From the NCBI GenBank assembly GCA_963804415.1, contig CAWDQH010000032.1, positions 132,435-196,434 of the forward strand: 64,000 nucleotides of DNA, given 5' to 3'. Position 1 is the stretch's first letter; each line of letters begins with the position of its first letter. This DNA comes from an uncultured cyanobacterium. Lineage in GTDB: Bacteria > Cyanobacteriota > Cyanobacteriia > Cyanobacteriales > Nostocaceae. Below the pieces are notes generated by a model. It was not told the DNA's origin. It saw nothing but the letters and a program-made list of their open reading frames with translations, and ran no database searches. Shown here one piece after another: positions 29,822 through 40,169 of the stretch. The position numbers were made by a program, and so were the translations under genes.

Positions 29822-31438
29822 ATGACACAATCTCAAGTAACTTTATTCAGCAAGCCTAACTGTAACTATTGCGCTAGAGCCAAAGCTGTTTTCAAACGAG
29901 TTAATCTTAATTTTCAAGAATATGATGTTAAAGGCAATCAACGAAACGCAGACGCATCAGTTTATTTAAGTGGAGCGTCAACTGTACCGCAGATTTTCAT
30001 CGGCAATTACCACATTAACGGCGCTGAAGACTTAGAAAAGCTAGAAAAATCGGGAAGACTTGCAAAATTATTAGAAATCAATAGAGGTAAATTATCACTC
30101 GCACAACTTTCAAATGCACAATTACAAGAAGGTGCGAAAGATGTTTCTTTAACAAAATATATTCTGCAAAGCGATGGTAGCCATGATAAAGACGAAGAAA
30201 TTTTACCAATTCTACACTTTTACAAAGAATTCTTTGGATTTTGGCCTAATACTTTTGCCTATTTACACAACTGGATTGAAGCTTACAAACTCTTCGTCTA
30301 CTGTCAAAACTTCTCCGCAGTGGGATATGCAAAACAAGCACTGGGGATGAAGAATATTAGTGCGGTTGGTTATTCTACTTCTAATGCACATGGCTGCTCA
30401 TACTGTCAGGTACATAGTGTAGCGACAATGGGCGAAAAATCTCTGGATATGGTAGGGAGATATAAGCAAGCTAGTCAAGGGGAATCATTAGAAAACAATC
30501 CATTCAATGATTTTGAAATGGCATTGGCAAAACTTGCAGGTGATGCAACGCTAAATCAAGTTAAAGACGATTTTTTAGAAAATATTCGAGATTTAGCAAA
30601 GAATACTTCAGAAGAAATAAATGCCGATGCTTCTATCCAAGCGACATTACTTGTTACCGCTTCCTTCGGCTTTCTCAACGTTTTCAACGACTTAACAGGA
30701 TTAGAAATAGAAGGAGATTGGGCGCGGCAAGCAAGCGAAATTGGTATTGAAGGGGGAAGACATGGTACGGGAAATTCCAATCCATCTAATTTAGATTATG
30801 AAATACCAGAGGGTAAATTTTCTATTGAGGATATGCTCGCAAAGTATAATTCAGCAATTGAAAATCTTGATCGCTATTTAGAGAAAGAATTAGGATTTTT
30901 CCCAAACTGGATTAAAAAGTGGGTGCAGCCATTGCAGAAGCATCACGCTTATATTTATGTAGAGTTGATGAGCGATCGCCATCATAGTTTAATTTCAGCA
31001 GAACTTAAGCATTTGATGGCAAGGGTTTCAGCAATCGCAAAGAATCATGATTATTTAGCAGCAGTTGAAGGATATTTTGCTTACCATACTGCTACAGATA
31101 AGGAGAAAGCAGTTGAAAGGGTTCGTCAATGTTATTTAGCTGCAATAAATCGAGGAGATACTAACAAATTATTCAGCGAAAAAGAAAAAGCCGCACTTCA
31201 ATTTGCTTGGGTATCGGCTCAAACTCCATTGACAACACCATATCAATTTGTAGAAGCTGCAATTAAACAGTATCAGTCTGAAGAATTGATTCATTTAATA
31301 GTAGTTTGTTCAATTGCATCGATGGTGCAGCGATTTATTGCAGCAGCTAAACCGGAAATTGAGCCTGTTGTAAATCAGTTTTTTGATAAATATTCTTTGG
31401 AAACAGATACGTTAGTGCTTCGCTATCCTTTGGTTTGA
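29822..31438 (+). CDS. Glutaredoxin domain fused to two AhpD/CMD-like domains
   Basis: N-terminal CNYC...TVPQIFIG; GFWPN...HGCSYCQVH; second unit GFFPN...HDYL...SEKEKAALQFA. Confidence 0.75.
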   Translation: MTQSQVTLFSKPNCNYCARAKAVFKRVNLNFQEYDVKGNQRNADASVYLSGASTVPQIFIGNYHINGAEDLEKLEKSGRLAKLLEINRGKLSLAQLSNAQLQEGAKDVSLTKYILQSDGSHDKDEEILPILHFYKEFFGFWPNTFAYLHNWIEAYKLFVYCQNFSAVGYAKQALGMKNISAVGYSTSNAHGCSYCQVHSVATMGEKSLDMVGRYKQASQGESLENNPFNDFEMALAKLAGDATLNQVKDDFLENIRDLAKNTSEEINADASIQATLLVTASFGFLNVFNDLTGLEIEGDWARQASEIGIEGGRHGTGNSNPSNLDYEIPEGKFSIEDMLAKYNSAIENLDRYLEKELGFFPNWIKKWVQPLQKHHAYIYVELMSDRHHSLISAELKHLMARVSAIAKNHDYLAAVEGYFAYHTATDKEKAVERVRQCYLAAINRGDTNKLFSEKEKAALQFAWVSAQTPLTTPYQFVEAAIKQYQSEELIHLIVVCSIASMVQRFIAAAKPEIEPVVNQFFDKYSLETDTLVLRYPLV

Positions 31439-31488
31439 GTAATAGAGGCTGCTGGATAAAAATATAACGCGATGATTTCACATTGTTG

Positions 31489-31515
31489 GAGACGTAGCAG
31501 TGCTACGTCTCTACA
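31489..31515. repeat. GTAG-type REP-like palindrome supplying the DUF6915 stop codon
   Basis: gagacgtagcagtgctacgtctctaca; minus-strand VET* of the DUF6915 gene lies inside it. Confidence 0.8.
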
Positions 31516-31880
31516 TTTTTGGGATTGGCTTTTAAAATACTTTCTTTCATTGGTTGATAAGGAGTTAGAGTCATCCAAGGCTGAATTTCTAGATTGCAAA
31601 GCCAGTCTTTAACTGTAGGAATCCAGCCCAAATCGTCTTGAATATGCTGCTCTGCAATAATACGAACGGGAATTTTTTTATCCGCAGCATTTTCGATAGT
31701 AACTCCAAAAAGTTTTTCGCATAGAAAAATACCTTCTGCATGATGTCGAAGTGCGCGATGACGAAAGTCTGGTAGAAACGCTTTTGATTCATCAAGCCAA
31801 TTGTGAATATCAAGATAATCTTCAGGAATACCCCCGAAAACTTCTGCCGATCGAACCGCATGATACCAAGAATGAGTCAT
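31503..31880 (-). CDS. DUF6915 family protein
   Basis: HAVRSAEVFGG.PEDYLDIHNWLDESK...RHRALRHHAEG...AEQHIQDDLG.IPT..DWL. Confidence 0.8.
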   Translation of the reverse strand: MTHSWYHAVRSAEVFGGIPEDYLDIHNWLDESKAFLPDFRHRALRHHAEGIFLCEKLFGVTIENAADKKIPVRIIAEQHIQDDLGWIPTVKDWLCNLEIQPWMTLTPYQPMKESILKANPKNVET

Positions 31881-31885
31881 AACAA

Positions 31886-32368
31886 TTACTGCTCTTGCTC
31901 GTCAACTATCTTTCCAGTCTTCAGATTTGCTTTGAAAGAACCTTTCATCGAGTACTCACCAGTACCGTAACCGCTACCAAGTAAATGAGTTGCTAACGAA
32001 CGTGCGAATCCATCGAGATAAAACTCTACTCGTACTCGTGCAGATGGTTCTTCATAATTGCGATAGTAACGACGTAAATCTTCAGTTGTTTTGCTACCGA
32101 GCAAACCTTCTGCTAGTAGTGATTTAAGTTCTTCAAATTCTACAATTCTATCTTCAAGTTTTACCCCAACAAAATCAGCAAATCCCTCATCACCTCCACC
32201 GTTGTAACGACAATAAACAGTTTTTACGCCAATTTCACGTAAGACATCAAAAACTTGACGTGAATCTGGATCGAGATTTTCGCGGCTAAAGTTTAATTGT
32301 CCGATAGCTGGTTCATATTCGTACTTTCTATTACCCGGAAGTCTGAAGTACGGCATATTCAAATTCAA
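31886..32368 (-). CDS. DUF6878-like hypothetical protein
   Basis: GVKTVYCRYNGGGDEG motif and terminal G-x-F beta segment; 5 bp upstream of DUF6915. Confidence 0.6.
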   Translation of the reverse strand: MNLNMPYFRLPGNRKYEYEPAIGQLNFSRENLDPDSRQVFDVLREIGVKTVYCRYNGGGDEGFADFVGVKLEDRIVEFEELKSLLAEGLLGSKTTEDLRRYYRNYEEPSARVRVEFYLDGFARSLATHLLGSGYGTGEYSMKGSFKANLKTGKIVDEQEQ

Positions 32369-32477
32369 ACTCTACAAGAACAAACATACTATACAATGCG
32401 ATCGATTCAAAATTATTACTTATCAGATGTTAAAAAATTCTGTCTAAAATTGAAATACAACTCCACTCCCAAAAGCT

Positions 32478-33056
32478 ATGACTATAACCACAGCTAAACG
32501 ATTTACTATAGATGAATACAACCGTTTAGCAGAACTCGGATTTTTTCACGAAGATGACCGAGTTGAGCTAATTAGGGGAGAAATCATTCCTATGGCAGCT
32601 AAAGGAACACTTCATTCAACTTTTTGCAGAAAATTGATCAGAGAATTATCAAAATTGATTGCTAATCTTGGTACTTTACAAAGTCAAGATCCTATTAGTA
32701 TAAATCCAGATAGCGAACCCGAACCTGATGTCGCAATTCTCAGAAATAAAGATGATGATTATCTAAATTCTCATCCCATTCCGCAAGATGTATTGCTTTT
32801 AATTGAAATCGCTGATTCTTCTTTGAAATACGACCAAGAAGTGAAATTACCGCTTTACGCTCAAGCGGGTATTTCTGATTATTGGATATTTAATTCAATT
32901 GAAAACTGCTTAGAAACTTATAACGAACCTTACCAAGATTTACAAGGCAAATTTGGATATCGTCGCAAAGTTATTTATCTCCCCAATGAATCGGTTAATT
33001 TACCTTGTTTCCCAGAAATAAGATTAGATTTATCCCAAATATTTCCCGAATTATAA
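32478..33056 (+). CDS. Uma2 family putative endonuclease
   Basis: RFTIDEY, RVELIRGEI, EPEPDV, LIEIADSSLKYD..VKLPLYA.AGI.DYW. Confidence 0.95.
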   Translation: MTITTAKRFTIDEYNRLAELGFFHEDDRVELIRGEIIPMAAKGTLHSTFCRKLIRELSKLIANLGTLQSQDPISINPDSEPEPDVAILRNKDDDYLNSHPIPQDVLLLIEIADSSLKYDQEVKLPLYAQAGISDYWIFNSIENCLETYNEPYQDLQGKFGYRRKVIYLPNESVNLPCFPEIRLDLSQIFPEL

Positions 33057-33091
33057 ATATGATTTGTGCTTACTTATTGCATTGATAATTG

Positions 33092-34489
33092 TTAATTGAT
33101 AATTGTTAACTCCTCCATAGCCTTCTGCAAATCACTCGTAAAATCACCAACGGCAATCCTCGCAGCTTTACGATTAGCTTTATAATCCTCAAATTTATCC
33201 GAAATAGAAAGCGGTTCCCCAATTGTGATTTTAGCTTTTTGCTTACCCAACTTCGGACGCTTAAATGGATTGCTACCTTTAATTCGAGCTACTACATCCC
33301 ACAAAATTAAGGTAGTTTCAGCAAATCTTTCTGCTGTGGGCTTTTCCCGAACATATTTACCAGTCACTGCGACAAAGCTTTCTACCAAACGCATATGCCA
33401 TATTCGTAAACTGGCTTCTTCGGCAACTCTATCGGCTAAACTTTTTTCAATGCTTGATAATGCTTTAATATCTTTAAAATCTTCTCTAAAAATATAGTTC
33501 CAACCTGCTTGTTCAACTCTCCGACAGCGGTCATTAAAGTTACCTTTTGGCAGTAAATCAAAATAATCTTCAGATACTTTTAAAGCAGTATTTAATAAAG
33601 CTTTCAAACGTGCGGCTATGGCTTCGTTACCGTCGCTAGTTTCTGTTTCTGGTATGTTTAATTCAGGTGAATGATGGTAAAAACGTTTATAAAAATCTTC
33701 CATTACAGATAACAAGTTTTCTGCTAAACGAATTAATCTCGGATAAAGCGTTTCTTGCGGTAAAACTCGATCAAAACTGTTTTCATCTACAGGTAAACCG
33801 CTGGCTTCTTCTAATTCGCCGATTAATTTTTCTATCGATTTCCAAGGCGGAGTTACATAACTATATTTAATTCCAACTGGTAAAATAAAAACTTGTTCGC
33901 TACGTCCGGCTTTTTGTAAATCTTCGGCACACCAAAACCCCAATTGTGCGATTCCCGGTTCCAAAGGACTAATCATCTCGGAAAGTCCATTTGTACCTCC
34001 TTCAGGTGCAGCACCAATGGGAAAATCTGCTTCTGCAAACAAATTACGAGCCGATCTTAACCCCGCCCAATCTGCCTTACCCCGCTGTATTGAAGTACCA
34101 CCCATGCGCGACAAAAACCAGCCAATATGGGAACCAGCCCAAAGAGGAATTCCTCTATCGTAAATAAAATGGGCGTGAACTGGATAATTTAATTTAATTC
34201 CTTGTTGTCGAGCTACTTTGGGTACGATATGAGATAACAAATAACCTAATGAAAAAGGATCTTCTGTTTGAGGATGGCGAAATGCTATTAAAAAACGAAT
34301 CTTCTTTTGCTGAAATTCGTTGACTAATTTTACTAAAATTTCGACGTTTTCTGCTTCAATTTGACTAAGGATGGTTTGCGAAGGTATCCATGCTGGTAAT
34401 AATAGCTGAGTAATTCGTAATACACACGGGTTTAACGCTGGAGGAATAAATTCGAGAGGTGCTTGTGCTTGATTAATCGAGAGGGACAA
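33092..34489 (-). CDS. Phospholipid/glycerol acyltransferase (PlsC-like)
   Basis: FRHPQTED (HX4D), APEGG, LPVGIKY. Confidence 0.85.
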   Translation of the reverse strand: MSLSINQAQAPLEFIPPALNPCVLRITQLLLPAWIPSQTILSQIEAENVEILVKLVNEFQQKKIRFLIAFRHPQTEDPFSLGYLLSHIVPKVARQQGIKLNYPVHAHFIYDRGIPLWAGSHIGWFLSRMGGTSIQRGKADWAGLRSARNLFAEADFPIGAAPEGGTNGLSEMISPLEPGIAQLGFWCAEDLQKAGRSEQVFILPVGIKYSYVTPPWKSIEKLIGELEEASGLPVDENSFDRVLPQETLYPRLIRLAENLLSVMEDFYKRFYHHSPELNIPETETSDGNEAIAARLKALLNTALKVSEDYFDLLPKGNFNDRCRRVEQAGWNYIFREDFKDIKALSSIEKSLADRVAEEASLRIWHMRLVESFVAVTGKYVREKPTAERFAETTLILWDVVARIKGSNPFKRPKLGKQKAKITIGEPLSISDKFEDYKANRKAARIAVGDFTSDLQKAMEELTIIN

Positions 34490-34859
34490 AGTTAATTTTC
34501 TCCTTTAACAGTTAACAATGAGTAATTATCGGCGAGCAGTTAATAAATAAAAGTGGTTGATAGTTATTTTTAGCACTCATTATACGTCCGGCAACTATCA
34601 AATTTTGGGCAAATGTAAAACTAATTATTATCTGTAGAAATATAAAATATTTTTTGAGCAGGTGGAAGAGTAATGTCTAAATGAAAAACAAAAATATTTA
34701 TATTCTAAAATTCTTGTAAGATAGTCATCCTACTCGTTCTAATTGTAGAAATTGCATTTGGAACCGCAATTTCACTTAGGTTTACAGGAAGTGCTGTTTC
34801 TGAGTATATTTCCTGAGTATATGAAATAAAAATTATCAAATCCGCAAACAGGAGACACG

Positions 34860-36662
34860 ATGCGACTGTCAAAGATGTTATTTGTTACGCTTCGAGACGA
34901 TCCAGCCGATGCTGAAATTCCCAGCCATAAATTATTAATTCGCGCTGGTTACATTCGTCGCATCGGTAGCGGTGTTTATGCTTATCTTCCTTTGATGTGG
35001 CGGGTTTTGCAAAAGGTAAGCCAGATTGTCCGCGAGGAAATGAACGCGACTGGGGCAATGGAATGTCTTTTACCTCAAATACAGCCTGCGGATTTATGGA
35101 AGGAATCGGGACGCTGGGATACTTACACTAAGGCTGAAGGTATCATGTTTTCCCTTACCGATCGCCGCGAGCAACAATTAGCACTTGGTCCTACTCACGA
35201 GGAAGTAATCACCACAATTGCCAGAGATACAATTCGCTCTTATCGTCAGTTACCGCTGCATCTGTATCAAATTCAAACTAAATTCCGCGATGAAATTCGT
35301 CCCCGCTTCGGTTTAATGCGCGGCAGAGAATTTATTATGAAGGATGGCTATTCTTTCCACGCTTCGGAAGAAAGCCTCAAAGAAACTTACCAAGATATGT
35401 ATCAAGCCTATAGTAATATGTTGCGGCGTTGTGGCTTGGAATTCCGTGCTGTAGAAGCAGATTCTGGTGCAATTGGCGGTTCTGGTTCGACGGAATTCAT
35501 GGTTTTAGCAGAAGCTGGAGAAGATGAAGTTCTCTACACTGATGATGGAAAGTATGCTGCAAACGTAGAAAAGGCTGCTTCTTTACCTCCCGATGCGGAA
35601 GCTTCTAATTTTACTAATTACGAAAAAGTAGAAACTCCTGAAACTCAGACAATTGAGAAGCTTTGTAAAACCCTCAAATGTTCTTCTACCCAAGTTGTCA
35701 AAAACGTACTTTATCAAGCTGTTTACGATAGCGGTACTACTGTATTAGTTTTAGTCAATATTCGCGGCGACCAAGATGTTAATGAAGTTAAGTTATATAA
35801 CGAATTAACTAAATTAGCTTCTACTTATAAAGCAAATTCTATTCTTAGTTTAGAAGTACCCAGCCCGGAAGTACAGGAAAAATGGGCGGCTAAATCTTTA
35901 CCTTTGGGTTATATCGCGCCAGATATCGGTGACGACTATATAAAATCTTCCAAAGAAATTCATTCCAAATTTTTACGCTTCGTAGATAAAACCGCAGTCG
36001 ATTTAAAGAACTTTGTCACTGGTGCCAACGAATCTGGTTATCACGTAGTTGGTGCTAACTGGGGAGAACAATTTAAACTACCAGAATTAGTAGTAGATAT
36101 ACGCACCGCAAAAATTGGCGATCGCTCCGTTCATAATCCAGCCCAAACCCTTAATTCTGCTCGCGGAATCGAAGTCGGACATATCTTTCAATTGGGTAAT
36201 AAATATTCCAAGGCAATGGGAGCAACTTATACCACCGAGCAAGGTAAGGATAAACCCTTAGAGATGGGTTGCTATGGTGTAGGAGTTTCGCGCATGGCTC
36301 AAGCTGCTGTGGAGCAATCCTACGACAAAGATGGAATTGTTTGGCCTGTGGCAATTGCGCCTTATCATGCAATTGTGACGATTCCCAATATTAAAGATGC
36401 TCAACAAGTAGAAGTTGCCGAAAAACTTTACACCGAATTAAATCAAGCAGGAGTTGAAACCCTTCTCGACGATCGAACCGAACGTGCGGGGGCTAAATTT
36501 AAAGATGCCGACTTGATCGGTATTCCTTATCGGATTGTCACCGGAAGGGCGATCGCCAACGGTAAAGTCGAAGTTGTGGAGCGAAAAAGTAGCGACTCTT
36601 ACGAAATTGCCATTGATGAAGTTGTATCTACTTTAATGCAGAAGATTAAAGATGAACTGTGA
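34860..36662 (+). CDS. proS: Proline--tRNA ligase
   Basis: [45 protein letters not shown]. Confidence 0.99.
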   Translation: MRLSKMLFVTLRDDPADAEIPSHKLLIRAGYIRRIGSGVYAYLPLMWRVLQKVSQIVREEMNATGAMECLLPQIQPADLWKESGRWDTYTKAEGIMFSLTDRREQQLALGPTHEEVITTIARDTIRSYRQLPLHLYQIQTKFRDEIRPRFGLMRGREFIMKDGYSFHASEESLKETYQDMYQAYSNMLRRCGLEFRAVEADSGAIGGSGSTEFMVLAEAGEDEVLYTDDGKYAANVEKAASLPPDAEASNFTNYEKVETPETQTIEKLCKTLKCSSTQVVKNVLYQAVYDSGTTVLVLVNIRGDQDVNEVKLYNELTKLASTYKANSILSLEVPSPEVQEKWAAKSLPLGYIAPDIGDDYIKSSKEIHSKFLRFVDKTAVDLKNFVTGANESGYHVVGANWGEQFKLPELVVDIRTAKIGDRSVHNPAQTLNSARGIEVGHIFQLGNKYSKAMGATYTTEQGKDKPLEMGCYGVGVSRMAQAAVEQSYDKDGIVWPVAIAPYHAIVTIPNIKDAQQVEVAEKLYTELNQAGVETLLDDRTERAGAKFKDADLIGIPYRIVTGRAIANGKVEVVERKSSDSYEIAIDEVVSTLMQKIKDEL

Positions 36663-36705
36663 ATTTTGAAATCTGAATTTTAAATGGTTCGTTTTTTCGC
36701 AACCG

Positions 36706-36735
36706 TGTAGAGACGCGATATATCGCGTCTCTACA
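36706..36735. repeat. GTAG-type REP-like perfect palindrome
   Basis: tgtagagacgcgatatatcgcgtctctaca, identical to 63833-63862. Confidence 0.9.
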
Positions 36736-36772
36736 TTACGAATACGCCATATTGTTTCATCTTTGATAATTT

Positions 36773-37490
36773 ATGGAATTCATTTCCTTTCTGCTGTCGG
36801 GGTTTGCATTTAAAACAGTACAATTTCCGGATTAATGCTTTGGAATTGGAAACTGATGAGATAACTTTATTACGCCGAAGCGTTCAAAAAGGAAAACCCA
36901 AATTAAAAAAACCTTTACAAACTGGTATTCGTTTAGTTTTTACTCAAACAGACATAAATAAACTATTACAATCGCCTGATATATTAGCTTTATTACCGAA
37001 GCTAAACGTCAATTCGGCATATTACCTAAGTATAGATGAGGATTCTGTATATAAATTTGGCTTACCGCAATTTAAGATTTTAGATAGCAATCGCTTGCAA
37101 TTTCAAATTGAATTACGTTCGGAAAATGAGGCAAAACCTTTGTTAATAAAGGTAGAAACGGAAATAAATATTAACAAAGGCAGACAAATTAACCTAATTG
37201 AAACAGCGGTAACTGTAAATGAGGAACAAGTTGCGCCACAATTCGTTGAAGGAATTGTAAAAAACCTTAATCAAAGACTAGATTTACGTAACTTGGAAGG
37301 TGACGGAATTTTAATAAGAATTCTAGAATTAAATATAAAACCGTCTGAGCTAGAAATTGCGGCTTTTGTACAAATAAAACCGTCTTCCAAATTAGTGGAA
37401 AAGCTCCTTTCCCCATCGTCAGCGTTATCTACCAAGCCCCTCACACAGTTACAGGTACTATCTCAGCCCATAAGCGAAGGTGTCAGATGA
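36773..37490 (+). pseudogene. DUF2993/LmeA-like protein with apparent internal 5' deletion
   Basis: MEFISFLLSG joins out of frame directly to GLHLKQYNFRINALELETD; the rest (36804-37490) is an intact DUF2993-like C-terminal part. Confidence 0.55.
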
Positions 37491-38113
37491 CAGAGCAAAG
37501 AAAAAATAATGGTATATCTTCTGGTGTAGCAGCAGCAGTTGCAGCCGTAACAGTTGCAGTAGCTGGTGTTGCGGGTTATTTCGCGATGAATCAAAACCCT
37601 CCTGACTCAGGAAATCCACCAATAGGGAATGTTTCACCCGCGCCAAATCCAAGAGAAACACCACCACCAGTAACTGACGAGAAACAGGCTACCGTCTATT
37701 GGCTTGAACCGAGCGGTACCAGCTTTAATTTGGTTCCTCAAGGTATTCAAGTTCAAGCGGATATTAATAAGCCGTCAGAGTTTTTAGAAGCTGCTTTTAA
37801 CAGCTTATTAGCTGGACCAACAGAAGGAAGCGGTGGTTCTTCTGCAATACCCCAAGAAACTAAATTACTAGGTATTAAAGCCGAAGGAGACGAAGTAAGA
37901 GTTAATTTATCGGATGATTTTCAGTTTGGAGGTGGTAGCGCTGGGATGATTGGACGTGTAGGACAAATTGTCTATACAGCTACAGCTTTGAATCCCAACG
38001 CTAAAGTTTACCTCGAATTAAACGGCGAACAAGTTGAAGTTCTTGGTGGTGAAGGCTTGGAGTTAGAGCAGCCACTAACCCGCGATAATTTCACTAAAAA
38101 CTTTGAACTTTAA
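37487..38113 (+). CDS. GerMN domain (sporulation/spore germination) protein
   Basis: TM anchor; LLAGPT, SAIP.ETKLLG, VNLSDDF..GGGS, QIVYTAT. Confidence 0.9.
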   Translation: MTEQRKNNGISSGVAAAVAAVTVAVAGVAGYFAMNQNPPDSGNPPIGNVSPAPNPRETPPPVTDEKQATVYWLEPSGTSFNLVPQGIQVQADINKPSEFLEAAFNSLLAGPTEGSGGSSAIPQETKLLGIKAEGDEVRVNLSDDFQFGGGSAGMIGRVGQIVYTATALNPNAKVYLELNGEQVEVLGGEGLELEQPLTRDNFTKNFEL

Positions 38114-38146
38114 ACGGCGCTGGCTAAGTTATCTTTAGATTTTCAG

Positions 38147-38174
38147 AACCCCCCCTCTTATAGGAAGGGGGGTT
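38147..38174. terminator. GC-rich hairpin between convergent genes, probable terminator
   Basis: aaccccccctc...gaaggggggtt followed by atttattt. Confidence 0.55.
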
Positions 38175-38189
38175 ATTTATTTGAAAGAA

Positions 38190-38238
38190 TTGGGAATTGG
38201 GAATGGGGAATGGGGAATGGGGAATGGGGAATGGGGAA
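38190..38238. repeat. STRR heptamer tract (TGGGAAT/GGGGAAT)n
   Basis: ttgggaattgggaatggggaatggggaat... read directly. Confidence 0.9.
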
Positions 38239-38288
38239 CAGAAGTAGCAGGAATAATAATTAATTAAAATCCAAAATTTAAAATCGAA

Positions 38289-38636
38289 TCATCTGTCATT
38301 TAAAACCCGAAAACTGCGGGCTTGCTGTTCCAACCTAGTCGCGAGACGATCGCAAACTTGGTTACACAGTTCAAAAATCATCTGATCTTCAACTCGGTAG
38401 TAGGCACAGGTCCCTTCACTGCGACGACTAAGAATTCCCGCTTGCCACATTACCTTAAGGTGTTTTGATACATTAGCCTGAGAAGTATGGGTTGCCTCTA
38501 CCAACTCTTGCACGCATTTTTCTTCTTGTCGAAGCAGATGCAGCAACCGTAGACGCATCGGTTCGCTCAACAGACTGAAATATTCAGCTACTTGTTGCAC
38601 CACTTCTGGATGGGGTACAGGCAACATTTGTTTCAT
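38289..38636 (-). CDS. ArsR/SmtB family transcriptional regulator
   Basis: FSLLSEPMRLRLL, SQANVSKHLKV. Confidence 0.92.
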   Translation of the reverse strand: MKQMLPVPHPEVVQQVAEYFSLLSEPMRLRLLHLLRQEEKCVQELVEATHTSQANVSKHLKVMWQAGILSRRSEGTCAYYRVEDQMIFELCNQVCDRLATRLEQQARSFRVLNDR

Positions 38637-38703
38637 CAGAATTCACCCGCCACGAATGGACTAACTTTTTTAACAATGACACATTCGTTATATAGATTAA
38701 TAC

Positions 38704-39219
38704 TTAATCGGGGTTAATTCGCATTAAAGGTTGACCATATTCTACAGAAGCACCATTTTCCACCAAAATTTCCATCACTTGACCCGACAATTCCGCTTCG
38801 ATTTCGTTCATCAACTTCATGGCTTCAATGATACATACCGTATCGCTTTTACGTATGCGATCGCCTACTTCTACAAATGCCGATTCACCTGGTGCGGGGG
38901 CACGATAAAAAGTTCCTACCATTGGTGAAAAAATTTCGGTGAATTTCGATTCCTTACCTGTGGAAGTTGCGCTAGCTTGTCCTGCACTTCCACTTTCCGA
39001 ACCACCGCGATTGAGATTTTCTGCCGTTAACGAAATATCTGGAGATGAAACACCAACCGCTGATGGTAATGTAACTGCTTCTGGTGCAACCTGATGAACA
39101 AAGTTAACACCCTTACGTACCGTTAATTCAAAATTTTCGCTTTTAAGATTTACTTCTGAAATATCTGTTTGTGCAATAGTCGCCAAAAGCTGGCGGATTT
39201 CGTTAAAGTCTAATGACAC
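38704..39219 (-). CDS. accB: Acetyl-CoA carboxylase biotin carboxyl carrier protein
   Basis: [17 protein letters not shown]; downstream of efp as usual in cyanobacteria. Confidence 0.98.
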   Translation of the reverse strand: MSLDFNEIRQLLATIAQTDISEVNLKSENFELTVRKGVNFVHQVAPEAVTLPSAVGVSSPDISLTAENLNRGGSESGSAGQASATSTGKESKFTEIFSPMVGTFYRAPAPGESAFVEVGDRIRKSDTVCIIEAMKLMNEIEAELSGQVMEILVENGASVEYGQPLMRINPD

Positions 39220-39345
39220 AGTTAAAATGACCTCATGGGATTAGTTAATAGATAATCAATCGATATATTAGAATTTCTTAAAACGGTAGGGATAAATATC
39301 CCCCCGTAGTAAGATGACACGCATAGCGTTTTTTCAAGCCGAAAT

Positions 39346-39912
39346 TTAACTTCCAGTTTCTCTACCTAGATATTTATCGTCACGGGTATCGATCCGAATA
39401 CGTTCTCCTTGAGAAATAAACAAAGGAACCATAACAGTTGCTCCACTTTCGAGCGTTGCGGGTTTAGTACCACCTGTAGCAGTATCACCTTTTACGCCAG
39501 GATCGGTTTCCGTTACTTCAAGTACTACAGCATTGGGCAATTCTACCTCTAGTACTTCCTCGTTCCAACGAACAACACTTACTTCCATACCTTCGTTAAG
39601 ATACTTAACGCGATCGCCAATTTGTTGGGAACTCAAACGGCTTTCTTCATAGGTTTCCATATCCATAAAGACGAAATCATCACCTTCTTTATAGGTATGT
39701 TGCATGGTACTTTTTTCCAAAGTAGCTTGAGGAACAGTTTCCCCAGCCCGGAAGGTTTTTTCTACAGTATTACCACTCGTCACACTTTTCAGTTTCGTGC
39801 GTACAAAAGCAGAACCTTTACCTGGCTTAACGTGAAGAAATTCCACCACTCGCCACACCGTACCATCTAATACAATCGAGACACCAGTACGAAAATCGTT
39901 ACTCGAAATCAT
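39346..39912 (-). CDS. efp: Elongation factor P
   Basis: [35 protein letters not shown]. Confidence 0.99.
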   Translation of the reverse strand: MISSNDFRTGVSIVLDGTVWRVVEFLHVKPGKGSAFVRTKLKSVTSGNTVEKTFRAGETVPQATLEKSTMQHTYKEGDDFVFMDMETYEESRLSSQQIGDRVKYLNEGMEVSVVRWNEEVLEVELPNAVVLEVTETDPGVKGDTATGGTKPATLESGATVMVPLFISQGERIRIDTRDDKYLGRETGS

Positions 39913-39992
39913 GAAATTTTCTATATATGGGAAGACAATCGGCATTTATTGTACCCCCCTATAGCAAAAATAGGATAATTCGTAATTAAATA

Positions 39993-40101
39993 TTGGTAAT
40001 GGGCGTTGGGCATTGGGGATTGGGAACGGGGTAATTGGGGCTTTGGGGATTGGGGCTTTGAGGATGGGGGATTGGGTAATTGGGGTTTTGGGGATTGGGA
40101 T
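39993..40101. repeat. STRR heptamer tract (TTGGGGN/TGGGGAT variants), about 15 units
   Basis: ttgggcattggggattgggaacggggtaattggggctttggggat... Confidence 0.85.
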
Positions 40102-40169
40102 TAGATATAAAAAAAGGGAGCAAGATGCTCCCACTACAAATGGTTTTATAACTCTTAGCTCCTAACTGT

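Noticed and set aside
31589-31861. 90-aa overlapping ORF in another frame of DUF6915
   Set aside because: Fully nested alternative frame without motifs; the DUF6915 frame explains the region.
34740-34859. T-box or riboswitch before proS
   Set aside because: Only a short hairpin and a ctgagtatat direct repeat; no T-box consensus.
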